From a virus, in IMG/VR virus record IMGVR_UViG_3300031885_000005, positions 1-64,000 of that record: DNA of 64,000 nt. One strand, written 5' to 3'. The notes under the pieces were generated by a model, which saw nothing but the letters and a program-made list of their open reading frames with translations, had not been told where the DNA came from and searched no databases. The position numbers were made by a program, and so were the translations under genes. Shown here piece by piece: positions 19,277-29,374 of the stretch; the first letter of the stretch is position 1; every line of letters begins with the position of its first letter.

Positions 19277-20182
19277 ATGTCCACAGTAACTTTTAAACTA
19301 TACGATAATTATATACCATCAGAAGAAGAATTAAATGTAAATCAATATGCACGTAATGAAAATTTTGAAATGGGTGATATTAATGGTTCTTCGGATAGAA
19401 TATCTCAAACATTTATTCCCAGTAAAAATGGAGTATTAAGTAAAATAGTAATAAATACACAACCTCATGATACTCCTGTGCCTGGAAGTATATTAACAAT
19501 TGAAATTAGAACAACTTCAGATGGACTTCCTACAAGTACGGTATTGGCAACAGAAAATAGAGTTATCACCGAATTAAATGAAGGAGAAAATGAAATAATA
19601 TTTTCTGCCCCAACATCAGTAGTTTTAGGAACTAAATATGCAATAGTAAGTTATAAAAATTCAGAAAATAGATTTATATTTAAATATTATGTTGATAATA
19701 TAGACAGTTATTTAGATGGAATGGCTATATATTCTACAAATTCTGGGGCAAGTTGGTCTTCTGTAGAAGATGAAGAAACATTATATGGAGATTTATGTTT
19801 TAAAGTTTATTTAGAATCAGAACAACCAGAATTTACTTTCCCTGTAGTATTTTCAGCTAATTATCCTCATACGGGCAAGAAAATAATAGAACATGAAAAT
19901 GTTCGTGGTAAGGGGTCAATTACCGTTGATGCTGGTCAGGAAAGTTGGGATTTAGTTTTAAAAGGAGTTTTAAAAGCAGATGATTATGATTCATTAATGG
20001 AATTAGTTGATGATATGGAAGAAAATGTGCAAATTAATGTTCCTTATACTTTAGTAATATCCAATGGTGTTACTACTTATGAATATCGTGTAAAAAGAAT
20101 TACACCAATTGAATACCAGGAAGACAATCTCAAGACAGACTTTTTAGAATACATTGTAACTTTAAAGTGTTTATCATGGTAG
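19277..20182 (+). CDS. Distal tail protein with an inserted beta-sandwich (carbohydrate-binding-like) domain
   Basis: Follows the TMP; insert SQTFIP...LTIEIR..SDGLP...GTKYAIV...GDLCFKVY; C-terminal ESWDLVLKG...YIVTLKC Dit-like part. Confidence 0.55.
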   Translation: MSTVTFKLYDNYIPSEEELNVNQYARNENFEMGDINGSSDRISQTFIPSKNGVLSKIVINTQPHDTPVPGSILTIEIRTTSDGLPTSTVLATENRVITELNEGENEIIFSAPTSVVLGTKYAIVSYKNSENRFIFKYYVDNIDSYLDGMAIYSTNSGASWSSVEDEETLYGDLCFKVYLESEQPEFTFPVVFSANYPHTGKKIIEHENVRGKGSITVDAGQESWDLVLKGVLKADDYDSLMELVDDMEENVQINVPYTLVISNGVTTYEYRVKRITPIEYQEDNLKTDFLEYIVTLKCLSW

Positions 20183-20231
20183 TTAATAAAAAAGTTTTAT
20201 ATAATGAAGAATAAATAAGGAGGAATAAAAT

Positions 20232-20849
20232 ATGGCATTTAAATTATATATTAATGTAGGTACTGAAGACTTAGAATTTGGGAAAACTGGTGCAGAATAT
20301 GTGGAAATGAATCTGACCGCAGATAGATTAATCTTTTCTGCTGGTTCAGATGTAGTAAAAGATACATTCCCAATTCCAAGTCCTCAACAATTAAATTCTG
20401 CTGGTATTTTAATTGGAACTGAGGATGTGGAAGTACCTCATTTATTTTTGGCAGATGCAAGTGAAGGCGGTAGTTTAAAAGAAATACATCTTGCGGGAAA
20501 TAAAAACAATCGATTTGTATTTTGTGTTGCTTTTGATGCAGGAACTAATTCCGAACCTATTTTAGAATTATGGGATAATTTAGATTTAAATTCTATAAAC
20601 CTTTATTCTTTAGGTTCAGGAGTTGCTAACAATAGTTTTTTTAGAGGAAAAAGAACTACGGATGGATTTCCAGGAACAATGACTGATAGATTAGCAGGAA
20701 GTTCAGAAACTCATTTTTTATGGTTGAAGGATGGAACTGGATTAGGACTTGAAGGAGCCGAAAACCTTTATTTTAATTTAAGAATTACCGTTCCTCCAAC
20801 TGCTACTGCAGCAGGAGAAATACCAATTATTGCAATAAAGTATACCTAA
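20232..20849 (+). CDS. Putative tail/baseplate structural protein
   Basis: SD AAGGAGG; beta-rich; tail-tip region. Confidence 0.5.
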   Translation: MAFKLYINVGTEDLEFGKTGAEYVEMNLTADRLIFSAGSDVVKDTFPIPSPQQLNSAGILIGTEDVEVPHLFLADASEGGSLKEIHLAGNKNNRFVFCVAFDAGTNSEPILELWDNLDLNSINLYSLGSGVANNSFFRGKRTTDGFPGTMTDRLAGSSETHFLWLKDGTGLGLEGAENLYFNLRITVPPTATAAGEIPIIAIKYT

Positions 20850-20864
20850 GATAAGGAATAAAAT

Positions 20865-21437
20865 ATGAAGAATAAATTTACTTTTTTAGGTGAGAACAGG
20901 ATTAGTGCTACTTTAGTATCTGGGGAATATATTTGGTTAGCTTTCTTGGGAGAAGATAATATATGTTCATTACAAAAAAATTCCGTCCATAATCCTAATA
21001 TGATTTATTGGGATGTTTCTGTTGTCGGCGATGAAATTATTTCAATGATTGAAGATACCACTTATTTATATGGCGCATTAGATGATTTGGTTAATATTGG
21101 GGCAAAAATAACTAAAGATAATCCAACTACAATATCTTATTTTATTAAAGATTCGGGATTAACTGAAAAAGCAATAGACCTAATTAAGGATACTACTTAT
21201 ATTTATTTCTTATTGCCAGGAATAGAATCTGGAATCAATACAAAAATAGGGAAATATAATAAAACAACAAGAGCATACGTAGAAACAATAGATTTAACTA
21301 CTATTTTTAATGCAAAAAAGATAGATATAGATGCCAATGGAGTGATTTGGATTGTTACAAATAATGACCCCTCAGAATTAGTAAAAGTCTGGTATTCGTC
21401 TGGAACGTGGCATTATACCATATATACATTATCTTAA
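20865..21437 (+). CDS. Partial beta-propeller-like tail protein
   Basis: Blade-like repeats EDTTYLY, KDTTYIY and IWIVTNNDPSELVKV. Confidence 0.5.
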   Translation: MKNKFTFLGENRISATLVSGEYIWLAFLGEDNICSLQKNSVHNPNMIYWDVSVVGDEIISMIEDTTYLYGALDDLVNIGAKITKDNPTTISYFIKDSGLTEKAIDLIKDTTYIYFLLPGIESGINTKIGKYNKTTRAYVETIDLTTIFNAKKIDIDANGVIWIVTNNDPSELVKVWYSSGTWHYTIYTLS

Positions 21438-21586
21438 TGGAGCAAACCATGATTACGAAAAATGATTTTATTGAGAGAATTTTATTTATGATAAGAAAAA
21501 TTTTAATGGAATCATTGCCAAAAGAAGATACTTTAGATGGTTTTATGGAAAAGGCAGAAAAATTAATAGGAAAAATTTTCAAATAA
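21437..21586 (+). CDS. 49-aa microprotein not in the ORF track
   Basis: MEQTMITKNDFIERIF...LIGKIFK; TAATG overlap with the upstream gene. Confidence 0.45.
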   Translation: MEQTMITKNDFIERILFMIRKILMESLPKEDTLDGFMEKAEKLIGKIFK

Positions 21587-21598
21587 GGAGGAAAATCA

Positions 21599-22096
21599 AT
21601 GGGAGCTGTACATCATTTCTCAGAAAGTAATCTTGTTGGTCAAGTAGAGACTTTGGATATTGCTAATTTAAACTTCGGTAGTGTTGATGATTCAGAAATA
21701 GTTCCTGCGGATAATCCAGTTACTATTGGAGAAAATTCTTTTATAAAGTATCTTCGATGTAAATTTACTGGTACTTGGACTGAAATTTCGAATATGCTTC
21801 TATGGAAATCTTCTGGTGATTATAAAACAGAAGAAACAATTAAAGCAGAAGCTAATGTTGCTTATGCAACTCCTACCCAAGATACTATGGCAGGAACGGG
21901 AGTAGATGACATTCCTATTTCTGAAGGAACTGCATTAACAATTTTGTCAGCAGAGGGGGCAGCAACTATAGTTTATGGGGCTACGGGAGTTTCGGGTTAT
22001 ACAAAATATATAAAGTTACAAGACCAAAGTACAGAAAATACAGAAGTCGGTGCAGGTAACCAGAAAGTTTTTACTTTCAGTTACGACGAAAGTTAA
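21599..22096 (+). CDS. Putative tail structural protein
   Basis: SD AAGGAGG; pattern GENSFIKYLRCKFTG...FSYDES. Confidence 0.5.
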   Translation: MGAVHHFSESNLVGQVETLDIANLNFGSVDDSEIVPADNPVTIGENSFIKYLRCKFTGTWTEISNMLLWKSSGDYKTEETIKAEANVAYATPTQDTMAGTGVDDIPISEGTALTILSAEGAATIVYGATGVSGYTKYIKLQDQSTENTEVGAGNQKVFTFSYDES

Positions 22097-22122
22097 GTAA
22101 TATCAATAGGTTAGGAGAAAAA

Positions 22123-22572
22123 ATGTCAAATACAATTGACTTAAATTTGGAAAGTGGAAACAATAACATGGATTCACTTTCTTTTTATTGGATGGCGGAA
22201 TTCGATAATGGAGTTATTTTTCAGTTTGAAAATGGGAAAGAACACAGATTTCAAGAAGTTTTAGATAGAATAAATGAATTAGAATTTTTTCATTTATATC
22301 ATAGAGAAAAGGACATAAGATTTATAGTTGATTTACAAAAAGGTCTTATAAAATTTAATGACTGCGGAGAACCAAATATAGTAGAGAAGAAAGAAAACAT
22401 TCGACTTATTTATTTTAGAAGACGTAAAATAGAGATAGGAACTCAGGATTTAAAAGAAAAAAGCCACACAATTCAATACCATCTTGGGTTCCAGTACATT
22501 AAAGACGGAAAAAATCAGAAAATAATACTTATCATAGATGAAGTAGGAAATTTTATAGTAATAGGAGAATAA
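22123..22572 (+). CDS. Hypothetical phage protein
   Basis: RLIYFRRR...YHLGFQ pattern; SD AGGAG. Confidence 0.5.
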   Translation: MSNTIDLNLESGNNNMDSLSFYWMAEFDNGVIFQFENGKEHRFQEVLDRINELEFFHLYHREKDIRFIVDLQKGLIKFNDCGEPNIVEKKENIRLIYFRRRKIEIGTQDLKEKSHTIQYHLGFQYIKDGKNQKIILIIDEVGNFIVIGE

Positions 22573-22573
22573 T

Positions 22574-25500
22574 ATGGCAATTACTACACAAATAATAAAT
22601 GGAGGAATCTCCACTACAAGTCCTTCTACTGCGAAATACTATTCTCCTTTTGGAGAAGCAACAGGAGGTACTGCAAAAGCAGGTAGTCAAGGAATAGTAA
22701 GTACTCCTGGAACTATAAAAAATCTCAGAGTAGAATTATCTGCTGCTCCAGGAACAGGTGGTTCTGGAAAAAAATACGACATAACTCTTTATAAAAATGG
22801 CGTAGTTCAACTTTTAACTATTTCTATTTTTGAAACTGCAACAACTGGAACGGATTTATCAAATCAAATTGCTGTTATCGCTGGAGATTTGATAACAATA
22901 GAAGCAAAACCCACTAATACTCCTACAGCAGTTAGAGCAACTTGGGTTATGGATTTTGTTCCTACTACTTCAGGAGAGACTCTTTTATTATCTGCTTCAG
23001 GAAGTGATTCTGTGGTAGCAAATAATTATTTTATAGCACCAATAACATGTTTTAGTGGTGGTTCTGCTACAGAATTTGATGTGGAACTAATAATTCCTTG
23101 TTCTGGAACTATAAAAAATCTTTATATTAATTCTTCCTTAGCAGCAGGGGCTGGTAAATCATTAATTTTTACTGTAAGAAAAAATAATGCAGACCAAACT
23201 GTAACAACAACTTTAAGTGGGGCAAGTCAAAAAAACAACAACGATACTTCTCATAATTTTACTGTTGTAGCAGGAGATAGAATCTGTATTCGAATGACAG
23301 GAGATTCTACAGCAAGTCCTCGTATAGAAACTGGATTAACTTTTGTTCCAGATACAGCAGGAAACTTTATTTTAGGATACATTTCTACAAATAATAATTT
23401 AGGGTCAACGGCATCAACTAAATATATAAGTATTTCAAGAATAGCAAATACTTCAACAGGTGAGGCTGATGCAGACCAATTGTTTTCTGCATTTACTATT
23501 AAAAATTTATATGCTCAATTGAGCATTGCACCAGATTCTGGTGGGGGAATCCAATCTTTTACTTTTACTTTAAGAAAAAATGCAAGTTCACAAGGATTAT
23601 CTGTTGTTATTTCAGAAACAGCAACAACAGGGAATGCTTCTGCGGATATTTCTATTTCAACAAATGATTTATTAGATACTCAAGTAGTAAAAACAGCCAC
23701 AGTAAATGGTATAAAATTTCGGGTTTCTTATTTAGGTTATATTGCTCCTACTTCTGTAACTTATCAAGAAGAAATTAATTCTGACGTTCATTTTAAATTA
23801 GTTGGAGCACAAAAAACATTAACTTCAGATATAGAATTTACAGGAACAAAAAGAAAATATCTTAATTCAGATGTTCATTTTAAATTAGTTGGAGCACAAA
23901 AAACATTAACATCTGACGTTGAATTTGTAAATAGAATTCAAAAAACAATAAATTCTAACATCGAATTTACTATTGAATACGAAGGGAAATTTATTCACAA
24001 TACAAAGGCTTTTATTGTTACCGATACTAATCCTGCACAAATAATAAAAATAGATTTATCCAATCCTACTTCATATACAAAATATACAATAACAGGGAAA
24101 CAAAATGCAAAAGATTTAGTAATCAATCATGACAGAGAGTTTATTTATGTTTCTTTAGATAATGGCAAAGTAGCAAAAGTAGAAGCAAATAATCCTGCTA
24201 ATCAAACTATTTTTGATATAGGAGAAGATGAACAATTAGTTTCAATTGCACATAGTTCTACTTATTTGACTACATTTATTGCAGATACCAATGCAGACGA
24301 AAGTTTATTTGTTATTGATGAGGCAACTTATGGAATAATAAATACACCTGAAGCATTTCCATTATTATCATCTTTAAGGACAAGAAGATTACTTACCAGA
24401 ATTATAAATACTATCTTAAATACTTTAAAGGGATTAATAATAAATACACCCGAAGCATTTCCATTATTATCATCTTTAAGGACAAGAAAAGTAATTAAAG
24501 ATACAATAAATACCGATTTAAGATTTCTAAAAACAGAATATGATAAAATTACTTATACTAATCCAATAGCAAGAACTGATTTTCATGTTAAAATAGATGG
24601 AGTAGAATTAACAGATAATGATTTAATTTTAAGTTCTATTAAAGTAACCCATACAGCAGACAATAAGAGTACCGCTTCGTTTACTTTAACAAGAAAACAC
24701 GATGATATTGACAATCCTGTAGAAATTTCCAACAATAATATAGTTACTATTTTTATAAAAGCCCAATTGCAATTTACAGGAAAAATTCAAAAATTAGATT
24801 GCAGTAGCTCAGAAGAAAGAATTGAGGTATCTTGTGAAAGTGAAGAAATAAATGAAGATTATAATATAGTTACCAAGGATTTGCCTTTAACTAATTTAAA
24901 TGAGCAAATACATTTATATGATATATTATTGAATGATATTTCTATAGATAATCCTTTTACTGATACTCGCAATGTAATTATTTCTGGAGATGGATGGTAT
25001 TGGAATTCTACTGGATGGGTACAAAATATAACAAATGCATTAACATTTAATACTTATATTTTGGCTTATACATATATAAACAATAATATTGCTAATGAGA
25101 CATTAATAGCAAGACAACCTACTGTTGCTAACAGAGAGGAAAATCCAAAATATTATAAAGGAATAAAAATAAATTTAGGAACTAAAATAACAGAACGATA
25201 TATTCATTGGTATGTTGTGGGAGGGTCTACTGAACAAACTGCTTTGGAAATAGAAGAAGGAACATTTAAATTTATTCCCAATTATACTTATTTTTGGGAA
25301 GTTAATGTTACTTGGTTTGATTTATCAGGAGGTTATCGACCCTCGGGTTGGGTTTATATAGGAACAAGTTTGGCTCCTTTAAGTAGCGATTTATATGAAA
25401 TTACTGGAGTAGATTATAGTTATCAAAGAAAATTAGAGGATTTAGAGGAAGAATTAGGAATATATACTTTAGGAGAAGCTCCTTTTAAAGAAATTTCTGC

Positions 25501-25975
25501 AAAAAATGGATGGAAAATAACTTATCTTCATGGGGAAGATAAAGATGATGGACTTTATAGTGTTAAAGAAAAATCTTATGATTATCGTTCTTATGATATG
25601 ATTATTGCTGCAATTGAATTGGAAAAAATTAAAAATATAAATGGAGACATTCTTCCGAGAACTTCTGGCAATATAGATTTGACATTAGATGGTTATTTGT
25701 ATTATGGATTGAAATTATTAACAAAATTAAATATTGTAAATACTACAGTTCCCGATATTTATAAAAATGATAACGGATTTCCGATAAGCATAAAGCAGAT
25801 AAATATAGATTCTGGGTCAATGAAAGTTAGTTTGAATTGCAGTAACGAAAAATCTAATTGGGAATTAGAAAGACTTCAAGACCAAGCACCAGAAGAACCA
25901 GTAGAAGACATAGGATTTGCAACTTTAATACTAAAAAAATATGATTTATCCAATCAGGAAGAAATAGATGAATAA
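22574..25975 (+). CDS. Large tail-tip protein: three tandem beta-sandwich domains, stalk repeats, propeller blades and a baseplate-hub-like domain
   Basis: TIKNL...TxxKN repeated three times; NSDVHF repeats; FHVKIDG...IKVTHT...ASFTL hub-like motif. Confidence 0.7.
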   Translation: MAITTQIINGGISTTSPSTAKYYSPFGEATGGTAKAGSQGIVSTPGTIKNLRVELSAAPGTGGSGKKYDITLYKNGVVQLLTISIFETATTGTDLSNQIAVIAGDLITIEAKPTNTPTAVRATWVMDFVPTTSGETLLLSASGSDSVVANNYFIAPITCFSGGSATEFDVELIIPCSGTIKNLYINSSLAAGAGKSLIFTVRKNNADQTVTTTLSGASQKNNNDTSHNFTVVAGDRICIRMTGDSTASPRIETGLTFVPDTAGNFILGYISTNNNLGSTASTKYISISRIANTSTGEADADQLFSAFTIKNLYAQLSIAPDSGGGIQSFTFTLRKNASSQGLSVVISETATTGNASADISISTNDLLDTQVVKTATVNGIKFRVSYLGYIAPTSVTYQEEINSDVHFKLVGAQKTLTSDIEFTGTKRKYLNSDVHFKLVGAQKTLTSDVEFVNRIQKTINSNIEFTIEYEGKFIHNTKAFIVTDTNPAQIIKIDLSNPTSYTKYTITGKQNAKDLVINHDREFIYVSLDNGKVAKVEANNPANQTIFDIGEDEQLVSIAHSSTYLTTFIADTNADESLFVIDEATYGIINTPEAFPLLSSLRTRRLLTRIINTILNTLKGLIINTPEAFPLLSSLRTRKVIKDTINTDLRFLKTEYDKITYTNPIARTDFHVKIDGVELTDNDLILSSIKVTHTADNKSTASFTLTRKHDDIDNPVEISNNNIVTIFIKAQLQFTGKIQKLDCSSSEERIEVSCESEEINEDYNIVTKDLPLTNLNEQIHLYDILLNDISIDNPFTDTRNVIISGDGWYWNSTGWVQNITNALTFNTYILAYTYINNNIANETLIARQPTVANREENPKYYKGIKINLGTKITERYIHWYVVGGSTEQTALEIEEGTFKFIPNYTYFWEVNVTWFDLSGGYRPSGWVYIGTSLAPLSSDLYEITGVDYSYQRKLEDLEEELGIYTLGEAPFKEISAKNGWKITYLHGEDKDDGLYSVKEKSYDYRSYDMIIAAIELEKIKNINGDILPRTSGNIDLTLDGYLYYGLKLLTKLNIVNTTVPDIYKNDNGFPISIKQINIDSGSMKVSLNCSNEKSNWELERLQDQAPEEPVEDIGFATLILKKYDLSNQEEIDE
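23786..23910 (+). repeat. 38-bp identical direct repeat (23786-23823 and 23873-23910)
   Basis: GTTCATTTTAAATTAGTTGGAGCACAAAAAACATTAAC twice. Confidence 0.85.
24334..24488 (+). repeat. 53-bp direct repeat with one mismatch (24334-24386 and 24436-24488)
   Basis: Encodes IINTPEAFPLLSSLRTR twice. Confidence 0.85.
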
Positions 25976-26744
25976 TTACGAAAATACGAAACATAAAATA
26001 AGAGAATTATATTATGGTTTAGAGATTATAGAAAATGATTCGGGCAGAGTAAAAACAGGTAATATCAAAATCTTATCTTTTGATATATTACCCAATCGTA
26101 GATATATTGTGATTGCGAGAGAATCTACTTTTTTGCCTATATATAAAGAATTTAATTTTACTTTTAAAAATAACAAAAAACCAATTTTTCCCAATATTAG
26201 GATTATTCCTGTTTTGAGTACATCAGAAGGTTATGAAAAAGATTTATCGGAAAAAATATTGAGACCTTCTATACAAAAATATTTTACTCAAGAAGACGAT
26301 AATCTTAATTTATTTTTTAAAATAGATATATCCGAGATAACTTCTATTGAGAAAGAAAGAGAAAATTTTGACATAATATTAACAAAAAGATTTTTTTCAT
26401 TTGGTCAAGAAATAGATTTATATAGAGAATCTCCCATATATGTAAATGAACAGTTTAGAATTTATAGAAATAGTTCAGGTAAATTGGGTTTGAAAGTTTT
26501 TAATGGCAGTCAGGTAAAAGGAGAATATATTCTGACTAATAGTTGGGATGATTGCCAATATAACAAATATTATAATTTAAGATTTGTTAGAAAAGGAGAT
26601 ACAGTAGAATTTTATATTGATGGAGTTAAAAAAGAAATAACTACTTTAGTTGCATTTACTCATGATATTCCTGTTTATATAAAAATTTATTTGACTTGTA
26701 ATAATAGAGGAGATTTTAATGAATTACGAACAACAAAAACATAA
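25968..26744 (+). CDS. Tail-tip protein with a LamG/ConA-like segment
   Basis: KYYNLRFVRKGDTVEFYIDG motif; N-terminus related to the ORF at 26719. Confidence 0.55.
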   Translation: MNNYENTKHKIRELYYGLEIIENDSGRVKTGNIKILSFDILPNRRYIVIARESTFLPIYKEFNFTFKNNKKPIFPNIRIIPVLSTSEGYEKDLSEKILRPSIQKYFTQEDDNLNLFFKIDISEITSIEKERENFDIILTKRFFSFGQEIDLYRESPIYVNEQFRIYRNSSGKLGLKVFNGSQVKGEYILTNSWDDCQYNKYYNLRFVRKGDTVEFYIDGVKKEITTLVAFTHDIPVYIKIYLTCNNRGDFNELRTTKT

Positions 26745-27868
26745 AATAAATAATTTAATTCAAAGAAACGAATCTTTATCTAATAAATTAGATAATATAA
26801 AATATAATGTTAAAGATTTAAATAGAGAGAATTTTATTAAGAAAATAATATATTTAGAAACCGATTGGATAACTAACTCTTATTAAAATGGAAGAATATA
26901 CTCCAATATTTATATCCTATTCCGAAAATCCTCCTCCTACGTATAAAGAAATAGTTTATAATAAGGAAGTAGAGTTATCTATTCCTGAAAAACAATTAGA
27001 TGCAATAGATTATTCCATTATCTTTGATAATACTTCTTTATTAAAAAATTGTAGTAAAAAAATAGTATATACTTTTGCTAATTATTATGAATTCAGTTCA
27101 GATGTTTCGGGAACTATTTTTAAAGGAGTTATTACTATATTAGGTGGAGTGCCAACTCAAACAGTTTGCTGTTGGAAAGCAGATTTAGATAAAAATGCGG
27201 TATATGCCAAATATCCTGGTTCTCCACTTTCAAATGGTAAAGTACCTATATATTGGGATAGTAATCATATATATCCAATTCGATTATATAATCCTGGCGG
27301 GGATTTAGTATATCCTTTTTCTTCTGGTGATGGAGCAACAACTACTTATGAAGCAGCCTTAGCTATTGTACAACCTCGCAGAGACGAAGCTGATGCAATT
27401 GGGCATACTTTTACAATGAATATGAATATACCCGAACCAGTTTTATATGAAGAATCTATAATAAATAAAGTAGGAAAAAACGGATATATGTTTATTCAAA
27501 CAGGCAAAAATAAGAAAGAAATAGGAAATAAATTCAAATTAATAATTTCTGGGAATAAATTTATAGAAAAAGAATCAGAATATTTAATAACACCATCCTA
27601 TAATTTTCCTCAATATACTGAATGGACTATGATTCATACCTATTATGATTATATTTATACTTTTTATCATCCAGAATATCCTTTCTGGTTTTGGCATTTT
27701 GAATATGGGCATACCGAACCCCCGTATAATTTTAAAATAATAAAAAATAAACAAATGGCAGGATACATCGAAAAATCGGGGCAAGAAAATAAGATAATTA
27801 AAAATAAATTTATGATTGCGGTTTCTAATAAAAGCAACAATAAAGAAGAGAAAAAATATGAGAAATAA
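26719..27868 (+). pseudogene. Tail-tip gene split by a frameshift (26719-26886 plus 26888-27868)
   Basis: A 55-aa ORF with SD GAGGAG ends just after TAACTAACT (26870-26878). Removing one AACT fuses it in frame to the 326-aa ORF. Confidence 0.6.
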
Positions 27869-28337
27869 AATTAGATACATTTATGATAAATTAAGAGAAT
27901 CAGAAAATAAATACTCTTCTCTCGAAGATAATGAAATTAAAGTAGATAATCTTATTGATTTAAATGTTAATAATTATGATAAAAGAATAATACATTTGGA
28001 TACCGAATGGCGAGATTTTACATTAATGGGGTTTGAAGGATTTGAAACTACAGCAGGAAGGGATATTGGATATGCGGAATTTAGTATTCCTTTTTCAAAA
28101 TTTCCTAAAAAATTTTTACCTTTTATTAATGTAGATATTTTATTATCTTCTGATATGGATGTTGATATTTTAAAAACAGAAACAATTTTTGAAATATATG
28201 AAGATTTAGAGAATCCCGATAACGTATTGAAAAATGGCAATATAAAAGTTTATTTTGTTATTGGATTTTTAAATAATTCTTCTCTTCCCAAAGCCAAAGC
28301 AAGTATAAATGTTTATAATCCTGCATGTTTAAGATAG
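27858..28337 (+). CDS. Tail-tip protein, paralogue of the 26719 ORF
   Basis: Likely start MRNKIR (track start 27816); RIIHLDTEW resembles KIIYLETDW. Confidence 0.55.
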   Translation: MRNKIRYIYDKLRESENKYSSLEDNEIKVDNLIDLNVNNYDKRIIHLDTEWRDFTLMGFEGFETTAGRDIGYAEFSIPFSKFPKKFLPFINVDILLSSDMDVDILKTETIFEIYEDLENPDNVLKNGNIKVYFVIGFLNNSSLPKAKASINVYNPACLR

Positions 28338-28340
28338 AGA

Positions 28341-29054
28341 TTATTTTAATTTATTTTTAATTTCTTGTCTCAATTCTTCTTGATTAAATGTTTGAATTGA
28401 TAAAAGTTCAAACATTTTTTTATAATCTATTTTTTCGAAATTGGTTATGTTTGAATTCGGACTAACATTATAGATTTTTATATTTGGCTCTTTAAAATGC
28501 CCGAAATATTGAGATGGATTATGTCCAGTATAAGGGGCAGTATAATTCATTCCTCTATGATTAATTTCTTCTTTGGAATAGTAATGTATATTATTATCTT
28601 TTTTATTAATTGTACCCCAATCGAAACCTAAAAGAAAAATAACTCCTTTATAATCCAACAAAAATTGTGCCAAAGAAAGAGTATAGATTCCACTTAAAAA
28701 GTGGGTGTAAAAATCCCTCTTTAATGGATTGATATTGTATTCGCTTCCAGTTTTAATAAAAATAGTGTTAGATAACTGCCATTCTTTTAAATCATTTTTA
28801 TCATTGGCGTAGATTATTAGGAGTTCTTTTTTGAGTTCTTCATAAATATCTGGATGGTTCTTGCGGTTTTTTTTGGCTTGTAAGGGAACATAAAAATCGT
28901 GGTCTCCAAAAACAGTTAAAGTATGAGGGAAATGAAGAAAGGCATAATTTATGGCAAGGACACACTTTGTGGCTAAAAGTGGCTTTAAAGTGCCAAAATC
29001 GACCTGTTTTATACTACTTCCCCCACCAATAAGTATAATTTCATTAAAATTCAT
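28341..29054 (-). CDS. Maf/DUF115-like (sialyltransferase-type fold) transferase
   Basis: IILIGGGSS, VLAINYA, VFGD, SG, IFLLGFDW, HYY and IYNVSPNS motif series. Confidence 0.6.
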   Translation of the reverse strand: MNFNEIILIGGGSSIKQVDFGTLKPLLATKCVLAINYAFLHFPHTLTVFGDHDFYVPLQAKKNRKNHPDIYEELKKELLIIYANDKNDLKEWQLSNTIFIKTGSEYNINPLKRDFYTHFLSGIYTLSLAQFLLDYKGVIFLLGFDWGTINKKDNNIHYYSKEEINHRGMNYTAPYTGHNPSQYFGHFKEPNIKIYNVSPNSNITNFEKIDYKKMFELLSIQTFNQEELRQEIKNKLK

Positions 29055-29220
29055 TTTTACACCATTTACAGGTTTTTTTATTTTTATTTAAAAATTCAGG
29101 ATTGGGCATTTTTCTACCGCAATAAATACAGAGGCAATCATTACATGCCAATCCTCCACTTAATCCACAATAAGTAAGCCCATCTATTATTTTTTGGTGC
29201 ATACAGGCTTTATTCTTCAT
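29044..29220 (-). CDS. 58-aa Cys-rich microprotein
   Basis: MKNKACMHQKIIDGLTYCGLSGGLACNDCLCIYCGRK...TCKWCKNEF; overlaps both neighbours. Confidence 0.55.
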   Translation of the reverse strand: MKNKACMHQKIIDGLTYCGLSGGLACNDCLCIYCGRKMPNPEFLNKNKKTCKWCKNEF

Positions 29221-29374
29221 CTTTTACCTTAACTTTCCTTATTTCCCAATACTTTCGCCTAATTAATTCTCCATTCTCTAATCTAATATCCAAATCCTCA
29301 TCATAAATAATTTCTACTTTTCCTTCCTGTACAATTCCATTATGTTTGACTAAAACAGATTTACCTATATACAT
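29210..29374 (-). CDS. 54-aa small beta-barrel-like protein
   Basis: MYIGKSVLVKHNGIVQEGKVEIIYDEDLDIRLENGELIRRKYWEI...; overlaps both neighbours. Confidence 0.55.
   Translation of the reverse strand: MYIGKSVLVKHNGIVQEGKVEIIYDEDLDIRLENGELIRRKYWEIRKVKVKDEE

Noticed and set aside
23786-24488. CRISPR-like mini-array
   Set aside because: Only two copies of each repeat, both in frame within a CDS, and no cas genes.
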